DNA of 64,000 bases from an uncultured Planctomycetota bacterium (GTDB taxonomy: Bacteria; Planctomycetota; Planctomycetia; Isosphaerales; Isosphaeraceae). The notes under the pieces are model-generated. The model was given only the letters and a program-made list of their open reading frames with translations, was not told the origin of the DNA and did no database searches. Below, one piece after another: positions 19,606 through 30,292 of this stretch. Positions within the stretch are counted from its first letter, which is position 1. Each line of letters begins with the position of its first letter. The stretch is taken from assembly GCA_963845755.1 (NCBI GenBank), contig CAWJTV010000042.1, forward strand, positions 224,001 through 288,000, written 5' to 3'. The position numbers and the translations under genes were made by a program.

Positions 19606-21711
19606 ATGAGGTTCCCGTCACCGCTGGGGTTGGTCTTCGTCTGCCTGTTCCTGTCGAGTCTCGCGATGTCGGCCTCGGTTTATGCCGACGAGGGGATGTG
19701 GGTCTTCAACAACTTGCCGCGGGAGCGGCTCAAGGCCCGTTACGGCTTCGAGCCGCCCACGGGCTGGGCGGAGCATCTCCGATCGGCCGCGGTCCGCTTC
19801 AACAACGGGGGCTCCGGCTCGTTCGTCTCGCGCGACGGGCTGATCATGACGAACCATCACGTGGGCGCGGATACGCTGTCCAAGCTGAGCACGAAGGAGA
19901 AAGACTATCATCGCGACGGATTCTTCGCGCGCGGCTACGATCAGGAGGCCAAGGCGCCCGATCTCGAGCTCAACGTCCTGGTCGGGATCGAGGATGTGAC
20001 CGCGCGAGTCAATCGCGAGGTGCCGGCGGGTATGGACGATGTCCAGGCCGGCGAGGTCCGGCGCCGGGCCATGGCCCAGATCGAGAAAGAGGCCACCGAC
20101 AAGAATGGGCTCCGCAACGACGTCGTCACGCTCTACCAGGGCGGACAGTACCACCTCTACACCTACAAGAAGTACACGGATGTGCGGCTGGTCTTCGCCC
20201 CCGAGTTCGACATCGCCTTCTTCGGCGGCGATCCGGATAACTTCGAATACCCGCGCTATGACCTCGACGTCTGCTTCTTCCGCGCGTATGAGGACGGCCG
20301 GCCCGCGAAGGTCGAGCACTACTTGAAATGGAGCCCCGACGGTTCGAAAGACGGGGACCTGGTCTTCGTCGCCGGACATCCGGGACGTACGGATCGGCTC
20401 AATACGGTCGCCAGCCTCGAGTACCTCCGCGATATTTACTACCCGTTCCTGCTGAACTACCTGAAGCACAAGGAAGCCTTCCTGCTGGCCTACAGCCACA
20501 ATGGCGCGGAGGCGTCTCGCCAGGCCAAGGAAGATCTCTTCAGCGTCCAGAATAGCCGCAAGGCACGCATCGGCGGCCTGGAGGGTCTGCGCGACGAAAC
20601 CTTCATCAATCGCAAACGCCAGGCCGAATCCGACCTGCGAGCCGGCCTCGCGGCCGGCGCGAATCCCCACGATCGGCGTCGTGCGGCCTGGGACCGGGTC
20701 GCCGAGGCCCAGAAGACGGCCACGAAGATCCTCAAGCCTTACAGTTATCTGGAACGCGGATTCGCGTTCGACTCGGTCCTCTTCGATATCGCCCGGAATC
20801 TCGTCCGGCTGGCGGAGGAGCGCGCCAAGCCGAATTCGGATCGGCTCAAGGAATATCGCGAATCCGCCCTCAAGTCGCTCGAGCTGGAGCTCTTCTCCCC
20901 GGCGCCCCTCTACCCGGAGTTCGAGCAGGCCAAGCTCGCCCACTCGCTGGCCGGGTGGAAGGCGGCGATGCCCGATGATCCGATGGTCGAACGGGTTCTG
21001 CACGGCCGCTCACCCGGGGAGGCCGCCCGGCAGTTGGTCGAGGAGACGAAGGTGGCCGACGTGGAATTCCGGCGCCGGCTGGCGGAAGGCGGCAAGGCGG
21101 CGATCGACGCATCCCACGATCCGATGATCGCGCTGGCCCTGGCGGTCGACCCCGAGGCACGGGCTGTCCGGAAGACGCGAGAGGATCAGATCGAGGGCGT
21201 CGAGGCCGCGAATTACGCCGTGATCGCCAGGGCGTTTTTCGACCTCAAGGGAGACACCGGCTACCCGGACGCCACCTTCACCCTGCGATTGGCCTTCGGG
21301 GTCGTCAAGGGTTATGAATCCGACGGCAAGCCGATCCCGCCTTATACCACGATCGGGGGCGCTTTCGAACATGCCAAGGCTCACGGGAACACGCCCCCCT
21401 ACGAGCTCCCCGCGAGCTGGAGCAAGGCCCGCGACGGCGGGACGCTCCGCCTGGAGACTCCCCTGAACTTCGTGTCCACCGCCGACATCATCGGCGGCAA
21501 TTCGGGCAGCCCGGTCGTCGATCGCGACAACCAGGTCGTCGGCCTCATCTTCGACGGCAACATCCAGTCGCTGGTCCTCGACTTCGGCTATGACGACCGG
21601 CAGGCCCGGGCCGTCTCCGTCAACTCGCGGGGAATCCTCGAGTCCCTGCGATCGATCTATCATGCCGATCGATTGGTTCAGGAGCTGACCGGCGCGAAGG
21701 CGAGCGATTGA
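19606..21711 (+). CDS. S46 family peptidase (dipeptidyl peptidase 7-like), exported
   Basis: Signal peptide then ADEGMW; GSFVS..GLIMTNHH, FGGDPDNFEYPR, YPDATFTLRL and DIIGGNSGSP...GLIFDGN motifs. Confidence 0.94.
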   Translation: MRFPSPLGLVFVCLFLSSLAMSASVYADEGMWVFNNLPRERLKARYGFEPPTGWAEHLRSAAVRFNNGGSGSFVSRDGLIMTNHHVGADTLSKLSTKEKDYHRDGFFARGYDQEAKAPDLELNVLVGIEDVTARVNREVPAGMDDVQAGEVRRRAMAQIEKEATDKNGLRNDVVTLYQGGQYHLYTYKKYTDVRLVFAPEFDIAFFGGDPDNFEYPRYDLDVCFFRAYEDGRPAKVEHYLKWSPDGSKDGDLVFVAGHPGRTDRLNTVASLEYLRDIYYPFLLNYLKHKEAFLLAYSHNGAEASRQAKEDLFSVQNSRKARIGGLEGLRDETFINRKRQAESDLRAGLAAGANPHDRRRAAWDRVAEAQKTATKILKPYSYLERGFAFDSVLFDIARNLVRLAEERAKPNSDRLKEYRESALKSLELELFSPAPLYPEFEQAKLAHSLAGWKAAMPDDPMVERVLHGRSPGEAARQLVEETKVADVEFRRRLAEGGKAAIDASHDPMIALALAVDPEARAVRKTREDQIEGVEAANYAVIARAFFDLKGDTGYPDATFTLRLAFGVVKGYESDGKPIPPYTTIGGAFEHAKAHGNTPPYELPASWSKARDGGTLRLETPLNFVSTADIIGGNSGSPVVDRDNQVVGLIFDGNIQSLVLDFGYDDRQARAVSVNSRGILESLRSIYHADRLVQELTGAKASD

Positions 21712-21810
21712 TCCTTGCCTCGTCGGAAATGGAAAACTCGACGGCGCGATCCCACTTTCGTCATCCGGATCGCGCGCTCCCAATCGCTGCTCGCCGGCTC
21801 ACCATGCCTC

Positions 21811-23472
21811 TCATCCGTGAGCCGTCGAGCGGCCGGGCTCGATCGTGATGGTCGTACTCAGGGCGTCACCGTCGGCGCCGTTGGTCTCGATGGTGTAGGT
21901 CCCGGGAGTCAGCTTTCTCACGCCCGGTTGGTTGGACCGGCCATTCCAGACGGCCGACAACTTGATGGTCTGTCTCGGCTCTACCTTGCGGACCTTTGGC
22001 GTGAACACGCCCCGGCGCGACTGCCAGACCAGCGTCGAGCCCTCCATCACCGTGATGCGATCGAACTTCGTGGCGGAACTCACGGCCGTCGTGCCATGGC
22101 CTTTGACCTTCTGCTTCGTCCCGGCCTCCTGCATCGTCAGCAGGATCTGCACGCTCTGGCCCATTCGGTAAACGCGACGGTTCGTCGACAGCGTCGTGGC
22201 GATCAGGGGACTGGTCGGACCGTTGGTGGTGCCGGAATTCGTGGTGGTGGGAGGCGTCGAGGTCGGCGTGGCCGGGGCCTGGATGGGCGGCAGGATCGGC
22301 TCGGTGGGCGGGGGCGCAGTGACCACAGGGGGACCATTGATCTGGATGGTCGCGGTCGAGCCGTTCGGGTCGAGCCAGTTGGAAACGACGTAGGTGTCTC
22401 CCAGGTTGGTTATGGCATTGTCGGGAGCGCCATCCCAGGATCCGGTCTGCGTCAACGACTGACCGGGCTGGAGCGTACCCCAGGCCGCATTGCCGCCGAA
22501 ACCGGGGGAAGACCAGATTACCAGGCCGTCCTGAGATGCTTCGAATGCGTTCGGGCCCGTGACGATCGTGATCGGTTGATCTCCGTTGTTCGTCTCGTTG
22601 AACGTCATGATCACGGTCTGGCCAACATTGTAGGTGGAATGATTGGTCGTGACGCTGGACACGACATCCCACGCTGGCGGAGGTGCGATCTGGAACGATG
22701 TCGAGGCTCCCGGGGCGCCGCTCTGGGGCCCGTACGCCGCGACGAATGTACCCGATAGGTTGGACGGATTATAAAGCCCGTCCTGCGGGATGCCATTCCA
22801 GGTCTGGGTATCCGTTTCCGTCTGCCCCGCTGTCCATGTGATAGGAAAGGTCGGGACATTTTGATCCAACGGATATTGCATCGCGGTTGTCCCGTTATGC
22901 GAGATGCTGAAGCCGGCCGGTCCATCATCAAAAAAGGTCACCGCCTGGTCGGACGTGTTCGTTTCGGTGAAGGTCATCTGGATCGTCTGGCCGATCTGAT
23001 AGACCGATTGGTCGGTGGTCACGCGGGATGAAAGGGGATCGGTGATCTGAAATGTCGCGGTGAGGTCTGGCGCATTGGGATTGGAAACGACGAATGTGCC
23101 CCAGTTATTGATGGACCAACTGACCGGAGTTCCACCCGGAATAGCCGGAATCGAATAGGACGTCGTGCCATCCCAATTCGCCCTCTGCGTCAGCGACTGC
23201 CCCGGCTGCAGCGTCTCTGTGCTGGCAGGCTGGGTCGCGTTGCCCGGGTTCGACTGCCAGATCGGGTAGGTGCCTTGCGAGATCGTGAAGTCGGTGGGCG
23301 CGACCGAAACCGTGACTGGCTGAATGCTTGTATTGGTCTCGGTGAAAGTGATCTCGATGGTCTGACCGACCTGGTAGGTCGATTGGTCGGTCGTCAGGCT
23401 GTAATTCAAACCGGAAAGGAGCGCTCGTGTTTCCAGCGCCTCGACACGGAAGCGGCGACGTCTGCGAACCAT
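21811..23472 (-). CDS. Extracellular protein with an LEPRxLL-type N-terminal motif and four BsuPI-like/Ig-like repeats
   Basis: RRRRFRVEALETRALLS, then four repeats of TTDQSxYxxGQTIxxTFTETN...TLQPGQ......W[DN]G and a Pro/Thr linker. Confidence 0.75.
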   Translation of the reverse strand: MVRRRRRFRVEALETRALLSGLNYSLTTDQSTYQVGQTIEITFTETNTSIQPVTVSVAPTDFTISQGTYPIWQSNPGNATQPASTETLQPGQSLTQRANWDGTTSYSIPAIPGGTPVSWSINNWGTFVVSNPNAPDLTATFQITDPLSSRVTTDQSVYQIGQTIQMTFTETNTSDQAVTFFDDGPAGFSISHNGTTAMQYPLDQNVPTFPITWTAGQTETDTQTWNGIPQDGLYNPSNLSGTFVAAYGPQSGAPGASTSFQIAPPPAWDVVSSVTTNHSTYNVGQTVIMTFNETNNGDQPITIVTGPNAFEASQDGLVIWSSPGFGGNAAWGTLQPGQSLTQTGSWDGAPDNAITNLGDTYVVSNWLDPNGSTATIQINGPPVVTAPPPTEPILPPIQAPATPTSTPPTTTNSGTTNGPTSPLIATTLSTNRRVYRMGQSVQILLTMQEAGTKQKVKGHGTTAVSSATKFDRITVMEGSTLVWQSRRGVFTPKVRKVEPRQTIKLSAVWNGRSNQPGVRKLTPGTYTIETNGADGDALSTTITIEPGRSTAHG

Positions 23473-23610
23473 GTGAGGGAAACTCCCGGTCCGTGAGCAG
23501 TCCGATCGTGGATCATCGCGGATAACATCATCCTCTAATGCAATCGAGATTCTAATCACAGTTCCGACAGTCGTCCAGGGTCGCAAGCCGGCCCGAGGAA
23601 TAATTTGATG

Positions 23611-23653
23611 TTAAAAGAAGAGGACGGGCACTCCAGATTCGAGGTGCCCGTCC
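23611..23653 (-). terminator. Intrinsic terminator between the two paralogues
   Basis: 10-bp stem ggacgggcac/gtgcccgtcc followed on the minus strand by tcttctttt. Confidence 0.65.
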
Positions 23654-23720
23654 CCGTCTTGAAACCGCTCCGAAGCCGGTTAGGCGTTCGGATGACCTTC
23701 GAGGTTTACCCCAGCCCGTC

Positions 23721-24611
23721 CTACTTCGACCCGATCCGAATGTGATGGGCCTTCAGGACCACTTGCGGGATACGATGACCCGGTCTCGCCAACGGATGAT
23801 GAATCGGGTGGTGAGCGGCTTGCTTGTGTTTGCCCGTCGATGAGACGGAGTCGTATGCGGGGGCGGTGCCAGAGCCGTCCGAGCCGGGATCGGGAGGCGA
23901 GACCGGAGCCGGCGGCGTGGGACTCGGCGGCGTGGGAGCCGGCGGCGCGGGACTCGGCGGCGTGGGACTCGGTGGCGTGGGACTCGGCGTCGGCGTCGGT
24001 GTAGGACTCGGCGTCGGCGTCGGCGTGGGACTCGGCGTCGGCGTGGGACTCGGCGTCGGTGTGGGAACGGTCGGCCCGGATGGGGCGATCGGGATCGGAG
24101 GAATTGGGCTCGTGGGTGGCGTCGGGCTCGGCGGGTTCGGGCTCGTGGGTGGATTAGGATTCGGGGTACTTGGAGGACCGACCGGCAGAGGCGTCGAGCC
24201 GGCGATCTGGAAGCTCACCGTTGTCTGAGGGTCCAACTGGTCGAAGGCGACGAATGTGCCCGTTTCGGCCGCGGCCGCGACGGCATTCGGGCCGCTCGAT
24301 TCCCCGTTCCACGTCGCTTTGAGCGTGAACGTCTGACCCGGTTGCAGTGGGATCAACGCGATGACGTCCGGCTCGACCCCGTCATTCGATCGCCAGACGA
24401 TTGTGCCTCCCTGCTTGATCGTAAACCCATCGATGCTAGGCCCTTCTCGGATCGTGATGGGTTGGGTGCTCGTGTTGGTTTCCGTGAAGGTCAGATTAAC
24501 GGGCTGGCCCGCCTTGTATGTGGTTTCGTTGGCCGAGATTTGCACCGCGAGTGCCGAAAGGAGTGACCGCTCCTCCAGGGGCTCGATGTTCAAAGGTCTG
24601 CGACGTCTCAT
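23721..24611 (-). CDS. Paralogous extracellular protein: LEPRxLL motif, one BsuPI-like domain, Pro-Thr repeat linker, His/Lys-rich tail
   Basis: MRRRRPLNIEPLEERSLLS; TYKAGQPVNLTFTETNTS...LQPGQTFTLKATWNG; (PTPTPS)n. Confidence 0.78.
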   Translation of the reverse strand: MRRRRPLNIEPLEERSLLSALAVQISANETTYKAGQPVNLTFTETNTSTQPITIREGPSIDGFTIKQGGTIVWRSNDGVEPDVIALIPLQPGQTFTLKATWNGESSGPNAVAAAAETGTFVAFDQLDPQTTVSFQIAGSTPLPVGPPSTPNPNPPTSPNPPSPTPPTSPIPPIPIAPSGPTVPTPTPSPTPTPSPTPTPTPSPTPTPTPSPTPPSPTPPSPAPPAPTPPSPTPPAPVSPPDPGSDGSGTAPAYDSVSSTGKHKQAAHHPIHHPLARPGHRIPQVVLKAHHIRIGSK

Positions 24612-24805
24612 CGGTAGTCTCCTTGATGACGAATCACTCGACGATCAAAAGTGCGAGATTCTCTGCGTCGATGATTCAATAGGAGAATGCATTTGCGAGA
24701 TTCCCTGTTCCGACATGGTCGATCCATTGTAATAGATCGTCCACGAGATGAATACCTCATTACTGCAAATCGAATGCCGATTCGGCTGGCGTGGCCAACT
24801 ATACG

Positions 24806-25534
24806 TTAATTCACCTTCCCGCTCTTCCCTCGGATCCGGACCGCATCGAACATCCCGGTATCGTCGAATGAACCGATGCCGAGCCGGCCGTGGGTGAAGG
24901 TGCGATCGTGTGCGGACATGACCGGAGTTTTCATATCATCGAAATAGACCTGGATCAGTCCGTCCTGGGCCGTGCGGACGATCCGCACGTGGTGCCACCC
25001 ATCGGTCCAGGGAGTCCCCTGGGTCCGCTTCTCGGCGATCGAGACCCGGGGCTTGCCGTCGACCTTGAAGATGCTGTTGGCCGCCGCATCGGCCTGCTTC
25101 CCCAGGTGCACGTAGTAGAAGTGGCTGGCATCCTGATGGTCGAAGAACAGGCATAGGTCGCGGTGGCCGTAGTCGCGGCCGGTCGATCGGACGTCCACGT
25201 CCATGACGAAGTCCCCCAGGTCGTGCCCTTGCACCAGGGCCATGTTCAGCGGCGACCGGACCGGCGGCTGGTACTGGCTCTCCCGGAACTGCTCCAACAC
25301 GCGCCGTTGCGGGCGTTCGAGACGCTTCAGCCGCCAGGCGCCTTTGTCGGTGAAGTCCCAGCCGGTCGGCTCATCCCGCTCGAAGTCGTCCTGATACACG
25401 ACGGGGAGATTGGCCACGGCTTCGGGCAACGCCCCTCGATCGTCGTCGCGGCCGAAACCGACGGACAGGAGCACGGTCGGGATCAGCCCGCACGTGACCA
25501 GGATCCGGGCGTGGAGGAATCGTCGAGTTAACAT
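24806..25534 (-). CDS. Exported concanavalin A/LamG-like (DUF1080-like) domain protein
   Basis: Signal peptide; YQDDFE, DFVMDVDV and WHHVRIVR.....I.VYFD......A.D.TF..GRLGIGSFDD..FD.VRI. Confidence 0.65.
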   Translation of the reverse strand: MLTRRFLHARILVTCGLIPTVLLSVGFGRDDDRGALPEAVANLPVVYQDDFERDEPTGWDFTDKGAWRLKRLERPQRRVLEQFRESQYQPPVRSPLNMALVQGHDLGDFVMDVDVRSTGRDYGHRDLCLFFDHQDASHFYYVHLGKQADAAANSIFKVDGKPRVSIAEKRTQGTPWTDGWHHVRIVRTAQDGLIQVYFDDMKTPVMSAHDRTFTHGRLGIGSFDDTGMFDAVRIRGKSGKVN

Positions 25535-25616
25535 CGGGGTGGACTCTCTTGCGAAAAGGGAGAGGGCCGTCGTGATTCCAAGCTATTCCACCTCGCGCGT
25601 CAACAGCTCGCGACCA

Positions 25617-26087
25617 TTACAGGTGACAACTCGCCTCTCCGCGCTTCTCCAGGTATCGCTGATGATACTCCTCGGCGCGATAAAAGGGTACGGCCGGGAC
25701 GATCTGGGTGACGATGGGACGTCGGAAGTGGCCGCTGGCGTCGAGCCGCTGCTTCGACGCCTCGGCCTCGTCCTTCTGTTCCTCGTCATGGTAAAAGATG
25801 ACCGAGCGGTACTGACTGCCGAAGTCGGGACCCTGGCGATTGTGCTGTGTCGGGTCATGGCCTGACCAGAAGACGTCGAGGAGCTGACCGTAGGAGACCT
25901 GGGACGGGTCATACTCGACCTCGACGACTTCGGCGTGGCCGGTCCGGTCGGTGCAGACCTCCTTGTAAGTCGGGTTCACCGTGTGTCCGCCCGAATAGCC
26001 GACAGCCGCGTCGATCACGCCGGGGACGCGGCGGAATTCCGCCTCGACGCCCCAGAAACACCCTGCGCCAAACGTTGCTTTCTTCAT
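25617..26087 (-). CDS. msrA: Peptide-methionine (S)-S-oxide reductase
   Basis: [28 protein letters not shown] and AEEYHQ.Y motifs. Confidence 0.97.
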   Translation of the reverse strand: MKKATFGAGCFWGVEAEFRRVPGVIDAAVGYSGGHTVNPTYKEVCTDRTGHAEVVEVEYDPSQVSYGQLLDVFWSGHDPTQHNRQGPDFGSQYRSVIFYHDEEQKDEAEASKQRLDASGHFRRPIVTQIVPAVPFYRAEEYHQRYLEKRGEASCHL

Positions 26088-26277
26088 GGGATTCGCCCTG
26101 CATGGATCGAGAAGTCTGGCTGGTCTGGCCGATCGGCAGGCCTCACCGATTCATTTTCCCGAAGTCATGGAGGCTTTGGATAGAGCAGTTGAAGGACCAC
26201 GTGGTATCCACGATGGTGGCTCGGCGGTCGGTACCGCGCCCTGTTCGTCGGCGATCCTGCTGGTTTCGAAACCCAAG

Positions 26278-26706
26278 TCAGGATTCCCGATCGGGCGCCA
26301 AGGCGAAGCGGCGGCTTGTTCGTACTTGCGTTTCAGCCGCCCTTTCTCGGCGGCGATTCTCAGGTGCTCGCCCGGTCCAAAACGGATCACGCCGCCAACC
26401 TTTTGCATCGCCGACCACAATTCGCGTCGTCTGGCCCGTGGCAGCCGCCTCGAGGTGGGAAGCTTCGCTCTGGGCGCACCCTGCCGCCAAATCTCGGTAT
26501 TCTCGCGCGAGCGCGTTCCAGACCTGCTGCTGGCGTTCCCACATCCGTCGGCGCTGTTGTGCCGCCCATCCTCCCAGGATGAGAGCGACGATCGCGACGA
26601 GAATCATCAATGTTCGGAGCCGGCATCGCCAGCGGAGGGTTTGTCGGTTCCGTCGCTCGAGGCTGACGAGAACGGCCCACGGCATCAGGGGTATCGCCAC
26701 ACGCAT
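26278..26706 (-). CDS. Small planctomycete-type membrane protein; start and 3' frame uncertain
   Basis: The RLRTLMILVAIVALILGG leader is common in planctomycete small proteins. A KYEQAAASPW motif in the neighbouring frame (26151-26420) suggests a frameshift. Confidence 0.5.
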   Translation of the reverse strand: MRVAIPLMPWAVLVSLERRNRQTLRWRCRLRTLMILVAIVALILGGWAAQQRRRMWERQQQVWNALAREYRDLAAGCAQSEASHLEAAATGQTTRIVVGDAKGWRRDPFWTGRAPENRRRERAAETQVRTSRRFALAPDRES

Positions 26707-26831
26707 CGCTGGACTCCAATTTCATCGGCGAATCGCGTCCTGGCAGATTAGAGATCCGCGATCACGATGTCAATGCCTTCGGACTGGTGTTTGATCGCGT
26801 GCTCACGCGGGGCTTCGAAACGAAGAAAGAG

Positions 26832-26937
26832 CCTCACGCGGAGACGCGGAGACGCGGAGTGAGAACCAGTCGGTCGAGGATTCGGATTCGCATTATTCAA
26901 GGATAATCTCTCCGCGTCTCCGCGCCTCCGCGTGAGG
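26832..26937. repeat. Inverted repeat built from 9-bp units (ACGCGGAGA)
   Basis: cctcacgcggagacgcggagacgcggag / ctccgcgtctccgcgcctccgcgtgagg, 28-bp arms with one mismatch. Confidence 0.8.
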
Positions 26938-27079
26938 ATTGCCGTTGGGAACGTCAGAGGTTGTGGCACGCCTCCGTTACGAGTGGTGTACGAGGAGAGT
27001 GTGGTTGCACATTCGCGACAACCCTGATTTGCTGGATTCCGCGGCTGGACGGTTCTCGATTTCCGGAGAGGGTTCTGGA

Positions 27080-30017
27080 ATGAGGATGACTTCGAGTGCG
27101 GCATCCTGCCTGATGCTGGCCTTTCTGGCGACGGCCGGATGGGCGCCCTCGGGCCTCGCGGACGGTCCTGGCCCGACCGATCCGCGCGCGGAGCGGGCGA
27201 CGTTCGTCCTGGCCGACCCCGGGCTCACGATCGAGCTGGTCGCCGCCGAGCCGGAAGTGGCCAGTCCCGTGGCGATCGCCTGGGACGAGGACGGGCGGAT
27301 GTATGTGGCCGAGATGCTCGACTATCCGACGGCCACGTCAACCGGTCGGATCCGCCAGTTGGAGGACCGCGACGGCGACGGCCGCTACGAGCACGCGACG
27401 ATCTTCGCCGATGGGCTGCCGTTCCCGAACGGCGTCTTGCCGTGTTACGGCGGCCTGCTCGTGACCGCGGCTCCGAATATCTGGTTCCTGCGGGATCGCG
27501 ACGGCGACGGCCGCGCCGACGAGCGCAGCGTTGTGCTGACGGGCTTCGGCGAGGGGAATACGCAGCTCCGCGTCAACGGCCTCACATGGGGACTGGACAA
27601 CAAGATCTACGTCGCCAACGGCCGTAGCGACGGCGACGTGCGGGAGCCGAACCATCCGCCCGACCAGGCCGTCTCGATCCGGCGCCGCGACCTGCGGTTC
27701 ACATTCCTGCCGCTCCCGGGAGAGGACGATAAATCGCCTCGGGCCTCCGATATCGAATCGATCGCCGGCTTCAGCCAGTTCGGACTCCCGCACGACGATT
27801 GGGGGAACCGCTTCCCGTCGTGGAATACGATCCCGATCCGCCACGTCGCGCTGGAGCAGCAGGTGCTGGATCGCAATCGCTACCTGGCCGAGACGTTCAA
27901 CGGTAGCGTCGATCCTCGACATGGCCGACGGTGGCCGCATCTTCCCGATCAGCCCGCCCCAGCCGCGGTTCAATCGGGAGTCGGTCGCGTTCTTCAACGC
28001 CAGTTGCGGCCCGTTGATCGAGCGCGGCGGCCTCTTGCCGGCGGCCTATCACGGCAACGCGTTCGTCTGCGAGCCGCTGAGCAACCTCGTGCATCGGCGC
28101 GTGCTCGAATCATCGGGAGTGACCTTCATCGCCCGCCGGGTCGAACAGGGGCGCGAATTCCTGGCGTCAACCGATCCGGCCTTCCGGCCAGTCAACCTGG
28201 CGAATGGGCCGGACGGTGCGCTGTACGTCGTGGACATGTACCGCGAGCTGGTCGAGCATCCGCAGTTCGTGCCTGAGACTGCGCGAGATTCGGTCGATTT
28301 CCGCCGCTGGCACGACCGCGGGCGGATCTGGCGAATCCGGCCGAAGGCCATGGAATCGGTCGTAAACCGTAGGCCGAACCTGTTCAAGGCCGACGATCGG
28401 GTACTCGTCGCACTCCTCGGCGATCGCAATGCCTGGTGGCGCACCACGGCGCAGCGGCTTCTGTTCGAGCGCGGCGCAGTCACGATACGGAATGAGGCGA
28501 AGGCGAAGGCGATTTCGCGTCTGCTGAGCGTGGCATCGAAGGAGTCGCCGAATCCCCTGGCGCGGCTTCATGCCCTGTGGGCTGACGATGAGATCCAGTC
28601 ATTGATCAAGGATCCCCATCCGGGAGTGCGCGAGCAGGCGCTCCGTTTCTACGAGTCGTTCAGGTCGTTTCTCCCCACGGAGACCCTCGTTCTTCTGTCC
28701 GACGACCCCTCGATCCGCGTACGACTGCAGGCGGCAATCGCACTCGGCAGCCATTGCCACGACGAGCCGGCCGCCCTCGAGGCAATGGCACGAATCGCCA
28801 CCCGCGATGCGTCCGACCCCTGGATGCGTCTGGCGATCCTCAGCGGATTAGCCGAATCGGCCCTGGCGTTCATCCCACTGTGCGATCGGATCCCGCCCTC
28901 GGCGGGTCGCTTCGAGCTGATGTCCCAGTGCGCCGCGATTGTGGGGGCACGGGGCGTCCAGCCGGAAGAGGCCCGGCTCCTGGGGCTGATCGCCGATCGG
29001 ATTCGTGACAAGGCGACCGACGCGATGACCTTGCTGGCGGGCCTGGCCGATGGGTTGGAAAGGTCCGGTTATCCGCTGCACCTCCAGATCGACGTGCAGC
29101 CTCCCGTTTTGAAGGATCCGCTCGCACGCCTGGAACCTTTGTGGCCGCGCGCGTCGGCCATGGCCGCTTCGAAAGGTCCGATTTCCGAGCGGCTCATCGC
29201 CCTGGACGTCCTCGCCCGTGGCCGGCCCGACCTGGCCGAGGCCATCATCCCCGGCCTGCTGGCGGCCGATCAGCCGCGCGAGGTCCAGACCGCCGCCGGG
29301 CGGGCGGTTGCCCGGGTCGGAAGGCCGACGCTGGCCGATACGGTGATCGACCATTGGGAAGCACTCACGCAGTCCAGCCGGCGTGAAGTCGTGACTGCAC
29401 TGGCCGGCTCGCCCGCGCTGGCCGAACCGCTCATCAAGGCCCTCGAGCGTCAGGTCATCGCCCCCGGCGAGCTCGACGCCGCGACGCGAGAGCGACTCCC
29501 GCACCTCGCCGACGCAGCGCTGCGGACGCGCGCCGCGGCCGTGCTCGCGAAGTTCGCGCCACCCCAGCGATCGGCCGTGCTCGCGCGCTATCAGGACGCT
29601 CTCAAACTCTCCGGCGACCCGAGGCGTGGCGAGGCCGTCTTCGCCAAGAACTGCCAGACCTGCCACCAGCACCAGGGACACGGCCATCGCGTCGGACCGG
29701 ATCTCTCCGGCATTGCCGGCCGCGCCCCGGAGGCCCTCCTGAGCGACATCCTCGACCCCAATCGAAACATCGAGCCCGATTTCGTCGTCCTCGCCGCGGC
29801 GACCCGGCGGGGCCAGGTCCTTTCGGGACTCCTCGCGGAGGAGACGGCCACGACCATCAAGCTCCGCCGCGCCGAGGGCCTCGAGGACACGATTCTTCGC
29901 TCCGAGATCGACCAGCTCCGCCCCACCGGACAATCGCTCATGCCCGAAGGGCTCGAACAAACCCTCGGCCCCCAGGACATGGCCGACCTGATCGCCTTCC
30001 TCCGCCGTGGCAGTTGA
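27080..30017 (+). CDS. PVC-type membrane-bound dehydrogenase-domain / HEAT / CxxCH cytochrome c protein; apparent +1 frameshift near 27896
   Basis: ELVAAEP.V.SPVAIAWDEDGRMYVAEM, FRPVNL..GPDGALYVVDMYR, HEAT-like helices, CQTCH...VGPDLS and SLMPEGLE....QDMADLIAFL. Confidence 0.9.
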
Positions 30018-30292
30018 GATGATGCACGCATTGATAATGGGGTTGCATCCGAGGGCCTCTCGGGTGATTTGAATGTAATAAAATATAAGTTTACATAGTG
30101 AGATATTTTATATATATATTTGCCGATAATGAATTGGAGGTCGGGTCGGCACACCTGTTCTTCCACCTGTTTTCCGGTGGACGGCACTCGATCTCTCCAG
30201 GCTCGGCTCCTGACATCGGCCGGGGAGGCGGATAGAATCGACCGGTCGCGCGCGAACTCTGATCCGAAGCGGGAAAGGACGAGGATTGAACG

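Noticed and set aside
23824..24228. Gly/Val-rich elastin-like ORF on the + strand
   Set aside because: It is the antisense shadow of the Pro-Thr repeat linker of the minus-strand gene.
30122..30129. GCCGATAA as a sigma28 promoter for ltaE
   Set aside because: No TAAA/CAAG-like -35 at the right spacing.
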